64,000 bases of DNA. Origin: an uncultured Chryseobacterium sp. Lineage in GTDB: Bacteria > Bacteroidota > Bacteroidia > Flavobacteriales > Weeksellaceae. Made by a program: the position numbers and the translations under genes. Numbering within the stretch: position 1 is the stretch's first letter; each line of letters opens with the position of its first letter. A model generated the notes under the pieces. That model was not told the origin of the DNA. It did not search any database and worked only from the letters and a program-made list of their open reading frames with translations. The stretch covers positions 21,184-85,183 of the forward strand of contig CAJYLO010000017.1 in the NCBI GenBank assembly GCA_913776245.1, read 5' to 3'. This document shows positions 9,713-20,617 of this stretch, one piece after another.

Positions 9713-10639
9713 TTGAAAGGAATCATCATTAAATCTACCGGAAGCTGGTATCAGGTTTTGGAATCTGAAACTAAAACCATTTATGAAGCCAGAATCCGCG
9801 GTAAATTCAAATTAATCAAGACACGCCTCACCAATCCTTTGGCAGTAGGAGACGAGGTAGAATTCTCTCTTGAGCAGGATGATGTTGCCTGGATCACAAA
9901 AATTTTCCCGAGAAAAAATTATCTCATCAGGAAATCAGTCAATCTTTCAAAAGAAGCCCACATCATTGCTTCCAATATTGATATCGCTTGTTTCATCTAT
10001 ACTTTGAAATTCCCGGAGACTTCGCTTGGTTTTCTGGATCGTTTCCTGGCTTGTTGTGAAGCTTATAATATTTCAGCTCTGATTCTTTTTAACAAAATGG
10101 ACATTTTATCAGAATATGAAAAAGAAATTGTAGAAAACATCGAAGCTTTATATCAGAATATCGGTTACCAAACCTTAGAAATATCTTCCTATTCCAAGCT
10201 GAATCTTGATATTTTAGAAGATAAAATAAAAAACAAAACCTCAGTTTTTTTCGGGCATTCAGGATGTGGAAAATCTACTTTGGTAAATGCTTTGCAGCCT
10301 AGCCTTGATCTCAGAACGGGCGAGATCTCCGATACGCATCTCAAAGGAAAACATACCACCACATTTGCACAGATGCACTTCTGGGATTTTGGCGGTTCTG
10401 TTATCGATACACCCGGTGTCCGGGAATTTGCAATGATTGATGTGGAAAAAGAGGAAATCCAACATTATTTTCCCGAGATTTTCAAAAAGGGTAGAGAATG
10501 TAAATACCATAACTGTATGCACATCAATGAACCAAAATGTGCAGTTTTGCAAGGTTTGGAATCCGGAGAAATTGAAGAAACAAGATATATTACGTATCTT
10601 AAACTGATGGAAGAAGCTGAAGAGATTAACCAGAAATAA
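9713..10639 (+). CDS. rsgA: Ribosome small subunit-dependent GTPase A
   Basis: NKMD, GHSGCGKST, GKHTTT, DTPG, C-terminal CKYHNCMHINEPKC zinc site. Start TTG 9713, downstream of the TAAATTTG box at 9684-9691. Confidence 0.95.
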   Translation: MKGIIIKSTGSWYQVLESETKTIYEARIRGKFKLIKTRLTNPLAVGDEVEFSLEQDDVAWITKIFPRKNYLIRKSVNLSKEAHIIASNIDIACFIYTLKFPETSLGFLDRFLACCEAYNISALILFNKMDILSEYEKEIVENIEALYQNIGYQTLEISSYSKLNLDILEDKIKNKTSVFFGHSGCGKSTLVNALQPSLDLRTGEISDTHLKGKHTTTFAQMHFWDFGGSVIDTPGVREFAMIDVEKEEIQHYFPEIFKKGRECKYHNCMHINEPKCAVLQGLESGEIEETRYITYLKLMEEAEEINQK

Positions 10640-10665
10640 AAAATCCTGCAAATTTTGCAGGATTC
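10640..10665. terminator. Hairpin between convergent genes
   Basis: AATCCTGCAAA/TTTGCAGGATT. Confidence 0.7.
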
Positions 10666-10687
10666 TTATTATAATATATTTTAGATA

Positions 10688-12094
10688 CTAAAACTTCCAT
10701 CCAAGTGTTACAAAGAAATTATTTCTGTTGTTTTTGACTTTAGAAACGGCATAAGCATCACTGTTTACGTCATAGCCGCCATTGTAATAGCCTGAGCTGT
10801 AAGCAGCATTTCCTTGTAGAAACGGACTGGAATACTCTGATGATACATTCTGATAAGAAGCATCAATATAAAATGCCTTAAAATCATACCCGATTCCGGC
10901 TCCTATTATATTTCTCTTTCCTACGAAAAGATTAGAATAACTTTGGTTGGAAGTATTTCCGTTATCACTGTATGTTAAAAGCGAAAGGCTGTCAAAGTTA
11001 TTGCCCTGATAAGCGTAGCCTCCTCTCAGACGGAAATCAGCAATCCGGTATTCTGCTCCCACCCGTACTTCAGATGAGTTTTTATAAGCATCATTAAAAA
11101 AATCATTAAGTTCCTGTTCAGCCGCACCATATTCTTTATACTTTGGTTTTGTGAGACCTTGGATATAATCAACATTTAAGGAAAAATTTTTGCTCGGAAC
11201 AAATGCCGCACTTAATGTAGCTTTCATAGGCGTTGTTAGTTTTCTGTCTTCACCATAGCTATTATCTTGCGTGTAGGAATATTCTCTAAATACTCTGTCA
11301 ATCGTCCACCATACAGGTGTTTCCACAGCCGCACCCACCCTGAACTGGTTGCTGAGCTTTGCGATGACACCAATATTGGCGGAAAATCCGTTGGATTGCT
11401 CATCATAAGGCGTGTATTGCTTATTATAATCCAGGGAAGTATTATCCATATCCGAGTAAAAATTGGCAGTATCATACTGGGTTATCGAAGCATTATGAAA
11501 ATTAAGTCCGGCTCCCAAATACACTTTATTGTCATAATTGGCTCCCAATACAAAATTTGACTTAGAAAGATTACCATATCTGTTGTAGGCGTGTCCCTGA
11601 TATCTGTAGTTAATAGGCTTCAAAGGATCGGTAATATCAATCATTTTAATATTTGCATTGCCAGCCGACTGAGAATAATCTTCAATAGACTGATTACTAT
11701 AATTAAAACCAATGTTTATGAACTTCCATTTTGATGACATATCGCCAAGATTTAATGAAAGTACACCACCAGCATTATTAATATCAGTTTTGTTAATAGT
11801 ATAGTTTAAAGCTGTACCTGCAAAATTAGTTGTGTTTTTTGAGCTGTTGATTCCAAGCGTAAGGTTCACATCACTTGCGATGAAAACCCCGATGCCAGCA
11901 GGATTCACAAAAGACGAAGAAATATCTCCACCTAAAGCACCCATTGAGCCAGCCATCGCATTGAATTTTGATGTTCCGTTAATTGAACTGTTCGAGTAAA
12001 CATCAACAGTATTTGTGATTACTGAAACGTCCTGGCCTTTAAGATACAAGAAGGATATAGGAACAGAAATCAGCAATAAAGTCTTTCTTAACAT
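10688..12094 (-). CDS. OmpP1/FadL-family outer membrane beta-barrel
   Basis: Signal peptide; GTSKFNAMAGSMGALGGD..VNPAGIG hatch motif; terminal beta-strand VTLGWKF. Confidence 0.8.
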   Translation of the reverse strand: MLRKTLLLISVPISFLYLKGQDVSVITNTVDVYSNSSINGTSKFNAMAGSMGALGGDISSSFVNPAGIGVFIASDVNLTLGINSSKNTTNFAGTALNYTINKTDINNAGGVLSLNLGDMSSKWKFINIGFNYSNQSIEDYSQSAGNANIKMIDITDPLKPINYRYQGHAYNRYGNLSKSNFVLGANYDNKVYLGAGLNFHNASITQYDTANFYSDMDNTSLDYNKQYTPYDEQSNGFSANIGVIAKLSNQFRVGAAVETPVWWTIDRVFREYSYTQDNSYGEDRKLTTPMKATLSAAFVPSKNFSLNVDYIQGLTKPKYKEYGAAEQELNDFFNDAYKNSSEVRVGAEYRIADFRLRGGYAYQGNNFDSLSLLTYSDNGNTSNQSYSNLFVGKRNIIGAGIGYDFKAFYIDASYQNVSSEYSSPFLQGNAAYSSGYYNGGYDVNSDAYAVSKVKNNRNNFFVTLGWKF

Positions 12095-12122
12095 TATATA
12101 TAATTATTGTTTTTAATTAAAA

Positions 12123-13178
12123 TTATCTTCTTCCGCCTCCGCCGCCAGATCTCATTCCGCCGCCACCGCCTGATGACCCGCCTCTGAAGCCGCCGCCAGA
12201 GTTAAAACCACCACCAGAACTTCCGGATCTTGGAGAGGAAAAGCTTTCATTTCTGAAACCTCCGTTTTGATTGGATCTAATTCCGGAATTATTCGGATAA
12301 TTTCTTATGCCTCCGTTATTTGGATTTGTTCTGATTCCGCTGGTATTTGGGTAGTTTCGGATCATACCATTTTGGTTGCTTCTGATTCCTCCATTGTTTG
12401 GAAAGCTTCTGACACCATTAGGGATATTATTTCGAATACCACTATTTACAGAAGATCTGGTGTTGCCGGAAATCATATCTCTATTTCTGAAACCACTTGA
12501 ATTAATACCACGGAAACCATTCGTATTTCTTGAATTAGGGATCATTCCTGTCAGCCTTCCATTTGCTCCCGATCTGTTATAATACACAGGATGGTAGTAA
12601 CTTCCTCCGTAATATCCGGGATAATATCCGCCGTAGTAACCGCCCCAGCCATAGTTCCAGAATGGGTCATAATAACCGCCCCAAGCCCAAGGTGAGTAGA
12701 AAGAGCTTCCCCACCCCCAGCCAAAGCCAAGACCCCAGCCAAATGAATTGAAAGGGCTGTTCCAGCCATAACCGTAGTAAGGATAACCCCATGCGCCCCA
12801 GCCAAATCCGCCGCCCCAGCCCCAATTATTAAAGCTGGAATAATTGGTTTCTGTCCCTGTGAATGTTCCCCAGTCGGAGTCGTTGGCTAATGGTTTGGTA
12901 TATCTATTTTGCTGGTCCTGCAGGTTTTGCTGGTTATTATCATAAATACTTGGATAAGTGTCCTGATAGTTATAATAATCATCTACTTGATTTCCATAAT
13001 TGCCGCCATAAGTGCCTGCTGGTAGAGAATCTTTATTTGGGTCATAATAAACACCGTCTGTTTCTGAGTATCCTCCTGTATAGATAACACAGGAAGTGAG
13101 AAGAGAACTGCTGGCAATCAATAACAAACCTTTTGATTTGATAAGATTGAATAAGCTTTTATTGTTGAAATTTTTCAT
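12123..13178 (-). CDS. Gly/Tyr/Trp/Asn/Arg-rich low-complexity lipoprotein
   Basis: Lipobox LLTSC; ETDGVYY motif; aromatic/Gly block then GIRN/S repeats and an RGG-type tail. Start set to ATG 13178. Confidence 0.8.
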   Translation of the reverse strand: MKNFNNKSLFNLIKSKGLLLIASSSLLTSCVIYTGGYSETDGVYYDPNKDSLPAGTYGGNYGNQVDDYYNYQDTYPSIYDNNQQNLQDQQNRYTKPLANDSDWGTFTGTETNYSSFNNWGWGGGFGWGAWGYPYYGYGWNSPFNSFGWGLGFGWGWGSSFYSPWAWGGYYDPFWNYGWGGYYGGYYPGYYGGSYYHPVYYNRSGANGRLTGMIPNSRNTNGFRGINSSGFRNRDMISGNTRSSVNSGIRNNIPNGVRSFPNNGGIRSNQNGMIRNYPNTSGIRTNPNNGGIRNYPNNSGIRSNQNGGFRNESFSSPRSGSSGGGFNSGGGFRGGSSGGGGGMRSGGGGGRR

Positions 13179-13326
13179 TTTATGAGAAGTATTAAGTTTC
13201 CTATATTTGCATTTCTTAAAAGTGACCAAATTTTATACCATTCAAATTTAATAAATACGTGTAAAATTAGGCTTTTTATTTAGATTAAAAAGTTTAAAAA
13301 AAGTTAAAAAACATATCAAAAAAATT

Positions 13327-14802
13327 ATGGCAAAATTGACATCAAGAGCAGAAGATTATAGTAAATGGTATAATGAGCTGGTCGTAAAAGCTGATTTGGC
13401 GGAGAATTCGGGCGTAAGAGGTTGTATGGTAATTAAACCTTACGGCTATGCGATCTGGGAAAAGATGAGAGATGAAATGGACAAAAAGTTCAAGGAAACC
13501 GGTCATCAGAATGCTTATTTCCCTCTTTTCGTGCCCAAAAGCCTGTTCGAAGCCGAAGAAAAAAATGCAGAGGGTTTTGCCAAAGAGTGTGCTGTTGTAA
13601 CACATTACAGATTAAAAAGTGATCCGGATAATCCGGGAAAGCTTATAGTAGATCCGGAAGCCAAACTGGAAGAAGAATTAATCGTCCGTCCGACTTCAGA
13701 AGCTATCATCTGGAATACCTATAAAAACTGGATTCAGTCTTACAGGGATTTACCGATCCTTATCAATCAATGGGCTAATGTGGTGAGATGGGAAATGAGA
13801 ACAAGATTATTTCTGAGAACTGCTGAGTTTCTTTGGCAAGAAGGGCACACTGCCCACGCTACGAAAGAAGAGGCTGTGGATGAAACTGAAAAAATGCTGG
13901 AAGTCTACGCCAAGTTTGCAGAAGATTTTATGGCGATCCCGGTGATACGGGGAATTAAATCGCCGTCAGAGAGGTTTGCCGGAGCGGATGAAACTTACTG
14001 TATCGAAGCGATGATGCAGGATGGAAAAGCTTTACAGGCTGGTACATCGCATTTCTTAGGTCAGAATTTCGGAAAAGCTTTTGATGTGAAGTTTACAACC
14101 AGAGAAGGAAAAATTGAACATGCCTGGGGAACGTCTTGGGGAACATCTACCAGATTAATGGGTGCTTTGATCATGACACATTCCGATGATCTTGGGTTAG
14201 TTTTACCACCAACTTTGGCACCTATTCAGGTGGTGATTGTTCCAATTTTTAAAGGGGAGGAGCAACTGGCGCAGATCAGCGAAGTTGCATTGGAAATCCA
14301 AGCGAAATTAAGAGCTAAAGGCATATCTGTAAAATTTGATGATGATACTCAGAATAAGCCGGGATGGAAATTTGCGGAATACGAACTGAAAGGTGTTCCG
14401 TTAAGAATTGCAATGGGGCCAAGAGACCTTGAAAATAAAACAGTTGAATTGGCAAGACGTGATAATCTTACTAAAGAATCGGTTTCTATAGAAGGATTGG
14501 ATAATTATATTGAAGAATTATTACAAACCATTCAAAAGGATATTTACAACAAGGCACTTCAGTTCCGCGAGGAAAATATCACCAAAGTGGATTCTTACGA
14601 AGAATTTAAAGAAGTTTTAGAGGAAAAGGGAGGATTTATCCTTGCGCATTGGGACGGAACGGAAGAAGAAGAAGAAAGGATCAAGCAGGAAACCAAAGCA
14701 ACCATCAGGTGTATTCCTCTTAATAACGAAATGGAAGACGGAGTATCACTGATCTCAGGAAAGCCATCTAAGCAAAGGGTTGTATTTGCAAAATCATATT
14801 AG
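13327..14802 (+). CDS. proS: Proline--tRNA ligase (eukaryote/archaeal-type)
   Basis: [41 protein letters not shown]-terminal FAKSY. Confidence 0.97.
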   Translation: MAKLTSRAEDYSKWYNELVVKADLAENSGVRGCMVIKPYGYAIWEKMRDEMDKKFKETGHQNAYFPLFVPKSLFEAEEKNAEGFAKECAVVTHYRLKSDPDNPGKLIVDPEAKLEEELIVRPTSEAIIWNTYKNWIQSYRDLPILINQWANVVRWEMRTRLFLRTAEFLWQEGHTAHATKEEAVDETEKMLEVYAKFAEDFMAIPVIRGIKSPSERFAGADETYCIEAMMQDGKALQAGTSHFLGQNFGKAFDVKFTTREGKIEHAWGTSWGTSTRLMGALIMTHSDDLGLVLPPTLAPIQVVIVPIFKGEEQLAQISEVALEIQAKLRAKGISVKFDDDTQNKPGWKFAEYELKGVPLRIAMGPRDLENKTVELARRDNLTKESVSIEGLDNYIEELLQTIQKDIYNKALQFREENITKVDSYEEFKEVLEEKGGFILAHWDGTEEEEERIKQETKATIRCIPLNNEMEDGVSLISGKPSKQRVVFAKSY

Positions 14803-14941
14803 AATAAAAACCGCTTATTTACTGTAAGCGGTTAATTTTTTTTAGTGGCACAGGTGTTAAAATTGTATTAAAATTACTTTTATTTCAGAAGCTGGATTAA
14901 AATTTGGTAATTTTAAAAAATTAATCACAAAATAAACTACT

Positions 14942-16270
14942 ATGTCATTTACTAACTTAATCGATCTGATAAAAGGTCAGTTTGGACCATCTACAGTATC
15001 ACAAACAGCAACACAACTTGGCGAAAGTGAATCCGGTATTTCCAAAGCTATTTCGGCTCTGTTGCCGGCTATTATTGGAGGACTTGTAAACAGCAATGCT
15101 AGATCAGAATTATTCACCAGTGTAAAAGAAGCATCCAGCTCAGGCATTTTATCCAATCTTTTGGATGAAAGCAATGGAAATCAATCTCTCATCACAAGAA
15201 TTCTTAATCTGATTTTCGGAAGCGGAGACAAGCTTGAAGCGATTACCACTTCGGTTTCAGAATATTCCGGCATAAGTAAAGATTCAACAAATTCTCTTAT
15301 GAATGTAGTTGCAGCGTCCACCATTGGCACAGTCGGAAGATATGTTTCAGAAAATAATCTGGATGCTGCTTCTTTCGATTCTCTGCTCAATGAACAGAAA
15401 AATAATTTATCCAACTTATTACCTGCAGGATTTAGTTTTGCTGCTTTAGGATTAGGTAACTGGTTTGGAAATGTGGATGCTGAACCTGTGAATGTTATTC
15501 CTGAACCTGCTCAAAAGCCTGTTGCCGAGATTAACCCGACCATTCCCGTAACAGAAGAAAATGCTACAGCTGACACTCCGAAAATTGATGTTACAAGAAG
15601 CGGGCAAACACACGAAATAGTTTCTGATGGAGATTCCGGAGGAAGTATATGGAAATGGTTGCTGCCATTATTGTTGTTACTGCTTTTAGGCTGGTTCTTT
15701 TGGAAACAGTGCAATAAAAAAGCTGAAGCCGTTCCTGTTACAACTACAGATTCTGCGGCGGTAGAGGTAGATTCTACCAATCCTGCCGGCGATACTGTAG
15801 CGGTACAAAGAGAAACAATGGTGGTTACTCTGCCAAGCGGAAAAACGCTCCAGGCCTACAAAGGCGGAATTGAGGATCAGGTCGTAACCTTTCTCAAATC
15901 GGATGATTACAAAAAATCAACTGAAGAACAGCTGAAGGATAAATGGTTCAATTTCGATAATATTAATTTTGAATTTGGTAAGGCCATTCTTACTCCTGAG
16001 TCGCAAGCTCAGTTAGACAATTTGAAGATGATATTGGCAGAATTTCCTGATGCGAAGATCAAAATCGGCGCTTACACAGATAAAAAAGGAGATGATGCCA
16101 CGAATCTTAAACTATCCAATGACAGAGCCAATGCCATAAAATCTTCGCTTAAATCTTCCCAGGTTAAAGAAGCGGAAGGTTACGGATCCAAGTTTGCAAA
16201 AGTTCCTGCAGAAGCTTCTGATAAAGAAAGAGAGTCCGACAGGAAAACCGCGATAAGATTTATAAAATAA
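14942..16270 (+). CDS. DUF937-like N-terminal domain + TM + OmpA-like peptidoglycan-binding domain protein
   Basis: Helical N-terminal region, WKWLLPLLLLLLLGWFFW TM, OmpA motifs INFEFGKA, GAYTDKKG, NLKLSNDRA. Confidence 0.8.
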   Translation: MSFTNLIDLIKGQFGPSTVSQTATQLGESESGISKAISALLPAIIGGLVNSNARSELFTSVKEASSSGILSNLLDESNGNQSLITRILNLIFGSGDKLEAITTSVSEYSGISKDSTNSLMNVVAASTIGTVGRYVSENNLDAASFDSLLNEQKNNLSNLLPAGFSFAALGLGNWFGNVDAEPVNVIPEPAQKPVAEINPTIPVTEENATADTPKIDVTRSGQTHEIVSDGDSGGSIWKWLLPLLLLLLLGWFFWKQCNKKAEAVPVTTTDSAAVEVDSTNPAGDTVAVQRETMVVTLPSGKTLQAYKGGIEDQVVTFLKSDDYKKSTEEQLKDKWFNFDNINFEFGKAILTPESQAQLDNLKMILAEFPDAKIKIGAYTDKKGDDATNLKLSNDRANAIKSSLKSSQVKEAEGYGSKFAKVPAEASDKERESDRKTAIRFIK

Positions 16271-16346
16271 AATCATAATTAATACAAACTGTCAATTTTA
16301 TTGGCAGTTTTTTTGTTGTTTTATTGTAGGTTAAGAAATGTATTAT

Positions 16347-16369
16347 TAATTTTGTTAGTTTAATCTAAC
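16347..16369 (+). promoter_or_regulatory. TAnnTTTG promoter box with adjoining DtxR/MntR-like palindrome
   Basis: TAATTTTG (16347-16354) overlapping GTTAG-TTTAAT-CTAAC (16354-16369), just upstream of mntH. Confidence 0.6.
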
Positions 16370-16375
16370 TTTATT

Positions 16376-17710
16376 TTGAATAACTCGGATATTAATAAAG
16401 GCTGGCGAAAAGAGAGAGGTGCTAATTCTCTGACTGAGGTTTTTTCTACGATAAAAGTACCTGCCAACGCAAGCTCCTGGAAAAAATTTATGGCTTATAT
16501 TGGCCCGGGACTTCTAGTTGCCGTAGGTTATATGGATCCCGGTAACTGGGCTACGGATATTGCCGGCGGCGCTCAGTTTGGCTATACACTGCTTTCAGTA
16601 ATCCTGATTTCCAATCTTTTTGCAATTGTTTTGCAGCATTTATCCGTAAAACTCGGCATCGTTGCTGAACGCGATCTGGCGCAGGCCTGTAAAGACCATT
16701 TCCATCCCTCTGTTAATTTTGTTTTGTGGATTTTTTGTGAGATCGCTATTGCAGCGTGTGATCTGGCAGAAGTTATTGGCTCAGCTATCGCACTGAATCT
16801 CTTATTCGGGATTCCGCTGAGTGTGGGTGTTGTAATAACAGTGGTGGATGTTTTCCTGATATTATTTTTACAGTCCAGAGGATTCAGGTATATAGAAAGT
16901 ATAGTCGGCGGCCTTATTTTTGTGATTTTTGCGGCCTTTTTATATGAGATATTTCTGAGTAAACCGGAGATTTTCCCAATGCTTGAAGGATTGGTCCCTA
17001 AAAAAGAGATCATTACGAATCCATCTATGCTTTACATTGCTATCGGGATTCTTGGTGCTACTGTAATGCCACATAATCTTTACCTTCACAGCAGTATTGT
17101 ACAGACGAGAGATTATCCCAGAACAACGGAAGGTAAAAAAGAAGCGCTCAAGTTTGCAAGCCTGGACAGCAGTCTTTCCCTGATGCTGGCATTCTTTATC
17201 AATGCGGCCATCCTGATAATTTCCGCTGCAACTTTTCACACATCCGGTAACAAAGATGTGGCTGATATCAATGATGCTTATAAACTGCTTTCGCCACTAT
17301 TGGGAACAACTCTGGCAAGCATTTTTTTCGGAATAGCATTATTAGCATCCGGCCAAAATTCCACACTTACAGGAACACTTGCCGGCCAGATTGTAATGGA
17401 AGGTTTTCTGAATATCCGCCTGAAACCGTGGGTGAGAAGATTGATTACAAGATTAATTGCCATTATTCCTGCGCTTATCATTTCGATTCTGTACGGTGAG
17501 AGAGGAACTGCAGATTTACTTGTGTTCAGTCAGGTTATACTTTCTATGCAATTGAGCTTTGCGGTGGTTCCTTTGGTGATGTTTACCGGAAGCAAAGCAA
17601 AAATGGGACAGTTTGCCAATAAGCCTTGGCTTAAAGCCCTTGCCTGGACTATCAGCGGAATTATTATTGTTCTGAATCTTTATCTTTTAAAAGAAACTAT
17701 TTTTCCATAA
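16376..17710 (+). CDS. mntH: Nramp family Mn2+/Fe2+ transporter
   Basis: YMDPGNW and ATVMPHNLYLHS signature motifs. Confidence 0.95.
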   Translation: MNNSDINKGWRKERGANSLTEVFSTIKVPANASSWKKFMAYIGPGLLVAVGYMDPGNWATDIAGGAQFGYTLLSVILISNLFAIVLQHLSVKLGIVAERDLAQACKDHFHPSVNFVLWIFCEIAIAACDLAEVIGSAIALNLLFGIPLSVGVVITVVDVFLILFLQSRGFRYIESIVGGLIFVIFAAFLYEIFLSKPEIFPMLEGLVPKKEIITNPSMLYIAIGILGATVMPHNLYLHSSIVQTRDYPRTTEGKKEALKFASLDSSLSLMLAFFINAAILIISAATFHTSGNKDVADINDAYKLLSPLLGTTLASIFFGIALLASGQNSTLTGTLAGQIVMEGFLNIRLKPWVRRLITRLIAIIPALIISILYGERGTADLLVFSQVILSMQLSFAVVPLVMFTGSKAKMGQFANKPWLKALAWTISGIIIVLNLYLLKETIFP

Positions 17711-17712
17711 AT

Positions 17713-17745
17713 AAAAAGACCGAATCATTGATTCGGTCTTTTTTA
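17713..17745. terminator. Bidirectional terminator
   Basis: AAAAAGACCGAATCA/TGATTCGGTCTTTTT. Confidence 0.85.
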
Positions 17746-17770
17746 TGTTGATCTTGAATAATCAAAACAA

Positions 17771-18424
17771 TTATCCTAATTTCTTGGAATCTGCTACAAA
17801 CTGTGCCAATCCTGAATCTGTAAGCGGGTGCTTAAGAAGGTTAAGGATAGACGGCAGAGGAGAAGTGATCACATCTGCGCCAATCTTTGCACAGTTGATG
17901 ATATGCATAGGGCTTCTGATGGAAGCTGCCAGGATTTCTGTGTCAAACATATAATTGTCATAGATTACTCGGATTTCCTCTATCAGGTTCAGGCCATCAA
18001 CAGAAATATCATCCAGTCTTCCTAAAAACGGAGAAACATAAGTTGCGCCGGCTTTTGCAGCCAAAAGTGCCTGTCCTGCAGAGAAAATCAAGGTACAGTT
18101 GGTTTTGATACCTTTATCTGAAAAATATTTTAAGGCTTTTACTCCATCTTTGATCATCGGGATTTTTACCACGATTCTTTCGTGAAGCGCCGCTAACTCA
18201 TCGCCTTCCTTGATCATTTCTTCATAGGTTGTTGAAAGAACTTCTGCAGAAACATCACCATCTGAGATATTGCAGATGTCAACATAATGTTTGTTGATAG
18301 CTTCTTTACCGGAAATACCCTCTTTTGCCATCAGTGAAGGATTTGTAGTTACACCATCCAGAATTCCCAGATCCTGAGCTTCTCTGATCTGATCCAGATT
18401 GGCTGTATCAATGAAAAATTTCAT
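17771..18424 (-). CDS. fsa: Transaldolase / fructose-6-phosphate aldolase family
   Basis: FFIDTAN, GVTTNPSL, VVKIP, YVSPFLGRLDD, LAASIR. Confidence 0.9.
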   Translation of the reverse strand: MKFFIDTANLDQIREAQDLGILDGVTTNPSLMAKEGISGKEAINKHYVDICNISDGDVSAEVLSTTYEEMIKEGDELAALHERIVVKIPMIKDGVKALKYFSDKGIKTNCTLIFSAGQALLAAKAGATYVSPFLGRLDDISVDGLNLIEEIRVIYDNYMFDTEILAASIRSPMHIINCAKIGADVITSPLPSILNLLKHPLTDSGLAQFVADSKKLG

Positions 18425-18615
18425 ATATAGATTTTTATTTGTTTTAATTTTCGCAAATATACATTTTTAGTTTGCTATAAGAAAATGCAATGCAAGTCTT
18501 TCTCAATCATTTTGGGATGGGTCGGTTTGAAGCAGAGATGATAATTAAGTAAATTTTAAGTTCCCGACAACAATCATTGTACAGTATTTCTTTTAGATTT
18601 GTTTTATAATTTCAA

Positions 18616-20571
18616 GTGATGAGAAAATCTATTTTGCCGGTTTTTATTATTGCATCTGTCTATACATTTGCACAAAAGGCTACTGACAGTATAAAAGACG
18701 AAAAAAATATTGAAGAGGTAATTATTGTAGCATCTTCGCGGACTCATGAGCGTATTGAGAACTCACCACAAAAAATAGAAGTTCTGGGCAAGGAAGAGAT
18801 GACTGAGGAAAGCAGCATCAAGCCCGCCGGAATTGGCAGCATTTTAGGGGATATCAGTGGCGTTCAGATACAGCAAAATTCTGCAGTGTCAGGCAATTCT
18901 AATGTTCGCATCCAGGGACTTGATGGACGGTACACACAGATTCTTCGGGACGGTATGGTGCTTTTTGACGGCTATAGCGGTAGCCTGGGTGTCCTCAGTA
19001 TTCCGCCATTAGACCTACAGCAAATTGAGCTTATCAAAGGTTCGGCCTCCACATTGTATGGTGGCGGTGCTATTGGTGGTTTAGTAAACATTATTTCTCG
19101 AAAACCTTCTGAAAGACAGGAGCTAACTGCTCTTATGAATTATTCTACATTGGATGAAAGTAATCTGAATTTTTTTGCGTCCAAAAAATATAAAGATGCT
19201 GGCTACACTTTTTTTGCCGGCTATACACGTCAGAGAGCTCAGGATGTTAATAAGGATGGTTTTTCCGATATTCCAAAAATACGTTCCCTGGTCATTCATC
19301 CCAGACTTTTTTTTTATCCTTTTCAAAATACCGTAATCTCCCTGGGATGGACAGGTAGCTTTGATCAAAATAAAGGAGGAGATATGCAGGTATTAAATCA
19401 TAAAGCTGATTCCGGACACCAGTATTTTGAACAAAATAAATTGCAGCGTAATTCTTTTGAATTATTATATGATCAAAAATTCAGAGACCGGTCCAGGCTG
19501 GAGTTTAAGAATAGCATGAGTAATTTTAACAGGAAATTTACAGATACCGATAATTTTCTGAATGCTCATCAGATTAATTATTTTTCAGAATTATCTTATG
19601 TCAGGTCATATGATAAGATGATCTGGGTTTTGGGCACGGATTTTCAGGGCTATCAATTCAATCCGGAATCCTTTGAAAAATTCCATATTCCAAAGTTTGA
19701 GAATAATAGTTTTGGATTTTTTTTCCAGAATACACTAAAACTTGATAATACCATAATAGAAACAGGATTGCGGAATGATGTTACCAATAATTATGGCAGC
19801 TTTTTACTTCCAAGTATCGCAATCATCTATCATATTGATAAACACTGGGCAACAAGGGGAGGAATTGGTCTGGGCTACAAGATTCCAAATGCCTTAGCGC
19901 CGCAAACGGTAGATTATCCGTTAGAAAATTTGATGCTTGTTGATATTAACCATACAAAAGCTGAAAAATCTGTCGGATACAATCTGGAATTCAATTATAA
20001 GAAGAAATTTGATGACGGAAACGAGTTTTTCCTGAATCAGGCTTTTTTCCTTACAGAGATTAATAATCCTGTCATCGCAGAAGTACAAGCGGACGGAAAT
20101 GTTTATTTTTCAAATCAGCATCAGCCGGTTGTTTCCAAAGGCTTTGATACTTATATCAAAAGTAAGCTTGATGGGTGGGAGCTGTATTTGGGTTATACAT
20201 ATACTATTGCAAAATACAAATTCCAGACAGGAAACCAGTTCATACCATTAACTGCGCAAAACCGTGCGGCCACGACGGTTGTAAAGGACTTCGAAAAAGG
20301 ATGGAAATTTGGTTTGGAAGCTTCATATACCGGACATCAGTACAGAATGGATTATACCAGGACACCGGGTTATATTTTTGGAGCCGCTATGATTTCTAAG
20401 GAATTAGACAGTCATTTTACGGTTGTCCTTAATTGTGAGAATGTTTTGGATTACCGCCAGAGCCGCAAAGAAGAGCTATATACGGGTACAATTCTAAACC
20501 CTGTATTCAAACCGCTCTGGGCACCTATCGACGGACGTGTTCTGAATATTTCTTTAAAGTGGAAGCTGTAA
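18616..20571 (+). CDS. TonB-dependent receptor
   Basis: Signal peptide; plug motifs VRIQGLDGRYTQILRDG and IELIKGSASTLYGGGAIGGLVNIIS; barrel C-terminus. Confidence 0.9.
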   Translation: MMRKSILPVFIIASVYTFAQKATDSIKDEKNIEEVIIVASSRTHERIENSPQKIEVLGKEEMTEESSIKPAGIGSILGDISGVQIQQNSAVSGNSNVRIQGLDGRYTQILRDGMVLFDGYSGSLGVLSIPPLDLQQIELIKGSASTLYGGGAIGGLVNIISRKPSERQELTALMNYSTLDESNLNFFASKKYKDAGYTFFAGYTRQRAQDVNKDGFSDIPKIRSLVIHPRLFFYPFQNTVISLGWTGSFDQNKGGDMQVLNHKADSGHQYFEQNKLQRNSFELLYDQKFRDRSRLEFKNSMSNFNRKFTDTDNFLNAHQINYFSELSYVRSYDKMIWVLGTDFQGYQFNPESFEKFHIPKFENNSFGFFFQNTLKLDNTIIETGLRNDVTNNYGSFLLPSIAIIYHIDKHWATRGGIGLGYKIPNALAPQTVDYPLENLMLVDINHTKAEKSVGYNLEFNYKKKFDDGNEFFLNQAFFLTEINNPVIAEVQADGNVYFSNQHQPVVSKGFDTYIKSKLDGWELYLGYTYTIAKYKFQTGNQFIPLTAQNRAATTVVKDFEKGWKFGLEASYTGHQYRMDYTRTPGYIFGAAMISKELDSHFTVVLNCENVLDYRQSRKEELYTGTILNPVFKPLWAPIDGRVLNISLKWKL

Positions 20572-20617
20572 GAAAAATAAAAAAAAAAGTCTCAAAAAAT
20601 TTGAGACTTCCTTTTTA

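Noticed and set aside
12123-12850. Tandem-repeat or CRISPR-like periodicity
   Set aside because: The repeats are degenerate and codon-phased within a protein; there are no identical direct repeats with spacers.
14845-14910. Sigma54-like motifs upstream of the OmpA-domain gene
   Set aside because: Each candidate matches only one of the two elements well.
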